Part shown: positions 42,295 to 47,148 of the stretch, in pieces | Layout of the letters: each line of letters opens with the position of its first letter | Position numbering within the stretch: the first letter of the stretch is position 1 | Assembly: GCA_013815785.1 (NCBI GenBank) | Contig: JACDFO010000001.1 | Coordinates: 2,973-50,120, forward strand | Origin: Candidatus Saccharimonadota bacterium | GTDB lineage: Bacteria > Patescibacteriota > Saccharimonadia > Saccharimonadales > JACDFO01 | Reading direction: 5' to 3' | DNA: 47,148 nt | Made by a program: the position numbers and the translations under genes | Notes under the pieces: model-generated | What the model saw: the letters and a program-made list of their open reading frames with translations, nothing else | Told to the model about the DNA's origin: nothing | Database searches by the model: none

Positions 42295-43329
42295 ATGCCG
42301 TATCAAAATTCCCGGATTTCTGAAGTTGCCGAGCTGCTCAAAAAGCGGCTGGAAGGGTTAGAAAACAAAGCCGATATATTAAAGGCCGTTGAACTCCGGG
42401 CTTTATATTCCGAGATTACTACTTTGCCTGCCGAAGAACGCGCAAGTTTTGGACTAGAAATTAATCAGTTAAAATCCGAGCTGGAAGAGCTCGTCAACAG
42501 TCACGAACCTGACTCCGCAAAGCTTGACCATATCGATGTTACGGCGCCTTATGATGTAAATAGCCCGGCTGGAAAGCGTCCTCAACTATTATCTAGTGAA
42601 CTAGGCAGCCGACACCCACTCATGACAGAAATGGACGTTATCTTAGATATTTTTTATCGAATGGGTTTCGATGCGGTTGAATCGCGTCAAATAGATGATG
42701 ATTACCACATGTTTGGAAGTTTGAACTTTCCCGAGGATCATCCCGCCCGTGATGATTACGACACATTCATGACAGAAGAGGGTTTAATAGCACCAGCACA
42801 CACCAGCACGATGCAAAATCGTGTACTCAAACAATTTAAAGATGGTTTAGAGAAGGGTCAAGATATCCGAGTAGTAATACCGGGCCGGGTGTTTCGCAAC
42901 GAAGACTTGGACGCGACACATGAGCATACTTTTTACCAACTTGAAGGTGTGTATGTTGGCAAAGGCATTCATGCAGGTCACCTCATCGCGACGCTCAAAA
43001 CGTTTTTAGAAACCTATTACAAGCAAGATCTTAAAGTTAAAACACAGCCATACTACTTTCCTTTTACTGAACCGTCTTTCGAGTTCGCCATTAGCCGTCC
43101 AGAATCTTTACGCAAAGGCGATAATAGGACGGAGGATGATTGGCTGGAACTGCTAGGTTGTGGCATGGTCCACCCGAACGTACTCAAAGAAGCCGGTATC
43201 GACCCAGAAATCTACACCGGTTTTGCATGGGGAGTCGGAATTGACCGCCTAGTACTCATGAAATACGGCATAGAAGACATTCGTCACTTCGAATCCGCAA
43301 AATTAGAATTCCTGAGGCAATTCAAATGA
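42295..43329 (+). CDS. pheS: Phenylalanyl-tRNA synthetase alpha subunit
   Basis: Class II motifs FRNEDLDATHEHTFYQLEG and GFAWGVGIDRLVL. ATGA overlap with pheT. Confidence 0.95.
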   Translation: MPYQNSRISEVAELLKKRLEGLENKADILKAVELRALYSEITTLPAEERASFGLEINQLKSELEELVNSHEPDSAKLDHIDVTAPYDVNSPAGKRPQLLSSELGSRHPLMTEMDVILDIFYRMGFDAVESRQIDDDYHMFGSLNFPEDHPARDDYDTFMTEEGLIAPAHTSTMQNRVLKQFKDGLEKGQDIRVVIPGRVFRNEDLDATHEHTFYQLEGVYVGKGIHAGHLIATLKTFLETYYKQDLKVKTQPYYFPFTEPSFEFAISRPESLRKGDNRTEDDWLELLGCGMVHPNVLKEAGIDPEIYTGFAWGVGIDRLVLMKYGIEDIRHFESAKLEFLRQFK

Positions 43330-45812
43330 AAATAAGCGTTAATTGGGTAAAGCAGTTTACGGATGTTGATATTCCGATTGACGAGCTGGTTGAAAAGATT
43401 GGCAGACAGCTCGGGGCGGTCGAGGAAGTCATCGACGTTGGCAAAAAATACCAAGGGATTGTAGTAGCCAAGGTCGTAACGTGTGAAAAGCATGCTGATG
43501 CCGACAAACTGAGTGTCTGTATGATTGACGACGGTGGTGTTACGCCAGATGTCAGTAGGAACGAACAAGGCTACGTTCAGGTAGTCTGTGGAGCGCCGAA
43601 TGTGCGCGAAGGTTTGAATGTCGCATGGTTGCCCCCAGGTAGTACAGTACCTAACAGCTATGACAAAGACCCATTTGTGCTTGAAGCCCGCGAACTGCGC
43701 GGTGTTATCAGTAACGGCATGATTGCAAGTTCTAAGGAGCTTGCTATCGGCGACGACCACGGGGGAATCGTAGAAATTGATATTGAAGCCGTACCTGGCA
43801 CCGACTTTGCAAAGTTATATGAGCTTAACGACTACATTATTGATATAGAAAATAAGATGTTCACTCATCGCCCGGATTGTTTTGGTGTCTTGGGTGTTGC
43901 GCGTGAAATAGCTGGCATACAAGGAGTGGAATTTAAAAGTCCCGACTGGTACCAATCGCCTTTAGACCGCATTAAGCCCGGAAAAACCAGGCTGGAACTG
44001 ACGGTCAAAAATGAAGCGCCTGAATTAGTCCCGCGTTTTATGGCTGTCGCACTGGCAGATGTCACAATCAAACCTAGCCCTCTTATTATCCAGTCATATT
44101 TGTCGCGTGTGGGGCTGAAACCAATCAGTAATATCGTGGACGTTACGAATTATTTGATGATGCTAACCGGACAGCCGATACATGCCTATGACTACGATAA
44201 AGTTAAAGCTTTGAGCCGCGAAGGAGTCACTTTAATTGCAAGAGTCGTAAAAACCAAAGAGGATGTCGATCTACTGAATGGTAAGACTGCTGAGCTCGAA
44301 AATCCGGCCATAGTAATTGCTACGGACGTACAAGCAATCGGTGTGGCTGGCGTCATGGGTGGAGCAGATACGGAAGTAGGTGAAAACACAAAAAATATCA
44401 TCTTAGAGTGTGCGACCTTTGATATGTATTCGATTCGACGGACCAGTATGAAGAACGGCTTATTCACCGATGCGGTGACACGTTTCAATAAAGGTCAATC
44501 ACCATTGCAAAATGATGTCGTGCTTGAAGAAGCTGTCGCTACGATCCAATATGTCAGCGGTGCGCACGTGGCCAGTGATGTTTTTGATATTAAATCATCA
44601 GCAGTTACCCAACTGAAGACAGTCGAGTTGACGGCTGAATTTGTAAATGCCCGGCTCGGGCTTAGCTTGGAGCCCGGTACTATGGCCAAGCTGCTAGAAA
44701 ATGTAGAATTTAGCATAGAAATTCGTGGCGATGCATTAAAAGCTACTCCACCGTACTGGCGCACAGATATTGAGATTAAAGAGGACATCGTAGAAGAGAT
44801 AGGCCGTCTGTATGGTTTTGATAAGTTGCCGATGGTGTTGCCAAAGCAATCGATTACTCCGGCCAAACGTAATCTACTACTCAGTTTCAAATCAAAACTC
44901 CGTGACATATTAAGTGAAGCAGGCGCCAATGAGGTACTGACCTACAGCTTCGTTCACGGTAAACTGCTGGATAAAGTAGGCCAAGAGCGCGGTACATCAT
45001 TCCGCCTCAGCAATGCACTTAGTCCAGACTTACAATATTATCGTTTAAGTCTAATCCCAAGTCTGTTGGACAAAGTACATGCCAATATCAAGGCTGGCTA
45101 CGATGAGTTTGCACTGTATGAAGTGAATAAGACTCATAATAAACCTCATGCTACGGATGATGAAGGTGTGCCCAAAGAGTTCACCATGCTGGCGCTGGCC
45201 ATAGCTGCTAACGACAAACTGAATAAAACAAGCGCTCCATATTATTCCGCCCGTAAATACTTAGACACACTCGCTGCAAGACTTGGTTTCGAACTCAAAT
45301 ACGAGCCGTTAGACGCCGAGCCCGATTTTCCGATTACCAGGCCCTATGACCACACCAGGTCGGCGCTGGTCTATGAGGCAACGACTAACGATTTCATCGG
45401 TTTAATTGGTGAATTTAAATCTAGTGTTAAAAAGTCTTTGAAGTTACCCTCGCACTCCGCCGGCTTTGAGTTGGATGCCGAAGCACTCTTAAAAGTATGT
45501 CGTCCCCAAAAATACAAAGCCTTATCGAAATACCCAGGCACACACCAAGATATGTCTTTAAAAGTTTCGAAGGATATGTCGTATCACCAACTTTACAGTG
45601 AACTCCAAACGGGGCTTAGAGCGTTGGCTGACGACAATTTACAAACCGAGCTTACGCCGCTTGATATTTATCAAAAGGGCGACGCCAAACATTTTACGTT
45701 CCGGCTATACGCTGTGCATCATCAAAAAACACTTCAAGCTGTGGAAATAAATGATCTGCTCGATAAGTTAGCCGCTGCTACGAACGAAACATTAGGCTCT
45801 GTAAGAATATGA
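43326..45812 (+). CDS. pheT: Phenylalanyl-tRNA synthetase beta subunit
   Basis: N-terminal tRNA-binding domain (KISVNWVKQF...GAPNV), B3/4 and B5 regions. 828 aa. Confidence 0.95.
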   Translation: MKISVNWVKQFTDVDIPIDELVEKIGRQLGAVEEVIDVGKKYQGIVVAKVVTCEKHADADKLSVCMIDDGGVTPDVSRNEQGYVQVVCGAPNVREGLNVAWLPPGSTVPNSYDKDPFVLEARELRGVISNGMIASSKELAIGDDHGGIVEIDIEAVPGTDFAKLYELNDYIIDIENKMFTHRPDCFGVLGVAREIAGIQGVEFKSPDWYQSPLDRIKPGKTRLELTVKNEAPELVPRFMAVALADVTIKPSPLIIQSYLSRVGLKPISNIVDVTNYLMMLTGQPIHAYDYDKVKALSREGVTLIARVVKTKEDVDLLNGKTAELENPAIVIATDVQAIGVAGVMGGADTEVGENTKNIILECATFDMYSIRRTSMKNGLFTDAVTRFNKGQSPLQNDVVLEEAVATIQYVSGAHVASDVFDIKSSAVTQLKTVELTAEFVNARLGLSLEPGTMAKLLENVEFSIEIRGDALKATPPYWRTDIEIKEDIVEEIGRLYGFDKLPMVLPKQSITPAKRNLLLSFKSKLRDILSEAGANEVLTYSFVHGKLLDKVGQERGTSFRLSNALSPDLQYYRLSLIPSLLDKVHANIKAGYDEFALYEVNKTHNKPHATDDEGVPKEFTMLALAIAANDKLNKTSAPYYSARKYLDTLAARLGFELKYEPLDAEPDFPITRPYDHTRSALVYEATTNDFIGLIGEFKSSVKKSLKLPSHSAGFELDAEALLKVCRPQKYKALSKYPGTHQDMSLKVSKDMSYHQLYSELQTGLRALADDNLQTELTPLDIYQKGDAKHFTFRLYAVHHQKTLQAVEINDLLDKLAAATNETLGSVRI

Positions 45813-47148
45813 AACGCTTGAGCGCTCTCATGTCCGGCATTTTTTTGCTGGCGTTCTTAGTGTTGCCATCCTACGTATCGGCTGATGTTAATGATTTTAT
45901 AATCAACGACTTTCAAGGTCGATACGAGCTGTTCAACGACACCCATGGCGGTCGAATGGAAGTGGTTGAAACCATAAGCTTGACGTTTTCTGATCAAAAC
46001 CACGGTATTCTGCGAGCAATTCCAAACACTTATAAAAATCAAGATTTGGGCCTACGTGTCAAATCTATTGAGCGTGATGGCGTATCGGAACAATTTATAA
46101 CCAGTTCAAACAACGACAATCTTATCATTAAGATTGGTGATGCCGGTAAGACTATCACCGGACCGCATATATATGAAATACGTTACGAAGCGCAAAATAT
46201 CATTAGTTATTATGAGACGCACGATGAATGGTATTGGGATATCAATGGTGATGACTGGCAACAAGTAATCACAGCCGTAAGCGGGGAAGTCATATTTCCG
46301 GAGAATTGGACCGATACCGGTGTTCCCACGTCCAAATGTTTCACTGGTAGTTTTAATAGCACAGCGCAATCATGTACGGTTGAAAAAACAAATAGAGGTT
46401 ATAAATTCGCTACCACGGGGAGTCTAGATGCTCAGGAAACCTTAACAATTGTAACCGCAGCGCCAAAACAGTTATTTCAGCCACGAGACGCAGCCGACTG
46501 GTGGAAAGAACACGCGGCTATTATACTGGGAACGGTACTACCTCCGCTGTTTATAGGGACTTGGGCATACAGGCGATGGGCTAAGAATGGGAAAGATTTA
46601 AAAGGTCGTGGCACGATTATCCCAGAATATGGTCCACCCAAAAATCTGACACCTGCCGAGGCGGCAGCCATCAGTAATTACGGGTTATCTTCCAAAGACG
46701 TTTCGGCTACTATAATTGACCTCGCAATCCGTAAATACCTAAAAATTTACGAAATCACCCAGAAAAAAATATTAAAAGATAAAAAGACGTACGAATTCGA
46801 GCTCATCAACAACGACTGGTCCGGTCTCAGAAACCACGAGACAAAAATACTGAGTAATATATTCCTTGCCAAAACCATCGATACTAGGGTCGAGCTGGAT
46901 GATTTAAAAGACAAGTTTTATACAACCATCCAAAGCTTGCAGTCGTCTATGCCAAAAACCTTAGCTCACGATGGTTACTTCACTTCCAACCCAAAGCAGG
47001 CCGGTTCGATGATGTACGGAATAGGTATTTTTTTCGTAGTACTTGGTTTCGTGCTTATTACCTTATTACCTGGTTTAGTCATAGGAGGTCTATTGGTCAT
47101 ATTGTTTGCTTCACTTATGCCAAAGCGATCAATCAAGGGGACGGAAGT
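45809..47148 (+). CDS. DUF2207-like membrane protein (3' end outside the window); not in the ORF track because no stop is reached
   Basis: ATGA overlap with the pheT stop. Signal peptide MKRLSALMSGIFLLAFLVLPSYVSA. GPHIYEIRYE and WYWDINGDDW motifs. TM segments after residue 230. The frame is open to the window end. Confidence 0.75.
   Translation, partial: MKRLSALMSGIFLLAFLVLPSYVSADVNDFIINDFQGRYELFNDTHGGRMEVVETISLTFSDQNHGILRAIPNTYKNQDLGLRVKSIERDGVSEQFITSSNNDNLIIKIGDAGKTITGPHIYEIRYEAQNIISYYETHDEWYWDINGDDWQQVITAVSGEVIFPENWTDTGVPTSKCFTGSFNSTAQSCTVEKTNRGYKFATTGSLDAQETLTIVTAAPKQLFQPRDAADWWKEHAAIILGTVLPPLFIGTWAYRRWAKNGKDLKGRGTIIPEYGPPKNLTPAEAAAISNYGLSSKDVSATIIDLAIRKYLKIYEITQKKILKDKKTYEFELINNDWSGLRNHETKILSNIFLAKTIDTRVELDDLKDKFYTTIQSLQSSMPKTLAHDGYFTSNPKQAGSMMYGIGIFFVVLGFVLITLLPGLVIGGLLVILFASLMPKRSIKGTE

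Noticed and set aside
1-47148. Search by eye for CRISPR arrays, IS elements, integrases, toxin-antitoxin pairs and known defence genes
   Set aside because: I saw no regularly spaced direct repeats, no transposase or recombinase motifs and no recognisable defence-system domains in any listed ORF.

Overview
Gene-dense 47.1-kb stretch of a compact bacterial chromosome with short spacers and many ATGA/TAATG start-stop overlaps. All calls come from reading the translations and the DNA by eye; no searches were run.

I support about 56 protein-coding genes, one intact tRNA-Gln(CUG), one SAM-riboswitch-like leader, two orphan promoter-terminator units (sRNA candidates) and several operator-like palindromes.

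Content in order:
- leuS 3' end, then rpmF (missing from the ORF track), nusB, a Nudix hydrolase and rnc.
- rpsP, a KH protein and trmD. rimM and rplS are absent from their usual places in this cluster.
- sodN/sodX (nickel superoxide dismutase and its maturation protease), type II NADH dehydrogenase and an FAD-linked dehydrogenase.
- typA and a DEAD-box helicase.
- An accessory-looking block: two VOC-fold proteins, DUF4287, DUF3105 and DUF305.
- A tRNA-Gln locus containing tRNA-derived fragments around an orphan receiver-domain gene.
- cyoABCD and cyoE (bo3-type quinol oxidase and haem O synthase).
- A riboswitch-controlled BHMT-like/metK pair, then rarA and ccdA/thioredoxin.
- A Fur-family regulator facing a ZIP transporter, then rmuC, a GH63-like hydrolase, a YajQ-family protein, pheST and a DUF2207 protein running off the end.

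I saw no CRISPR array, transposase, integrase or recognisable defence system.

None of the candidates below is demonstrated from sequence alone. The most unusual observations are:
- the cluster of tRNA-like, CCA-ending elements at 22.3-23.3 kb;
- a CyoD fused to a cupredoxin-like domain that has lost its copper ligands;
- two CDS-less promoter-terminator units;
- an actinobacterial-type NiSOD system in what looks like a streamlined genome.

The gene content is reminiscent of Patescibacteria/Saccharibacteria, but that is an untested impression.
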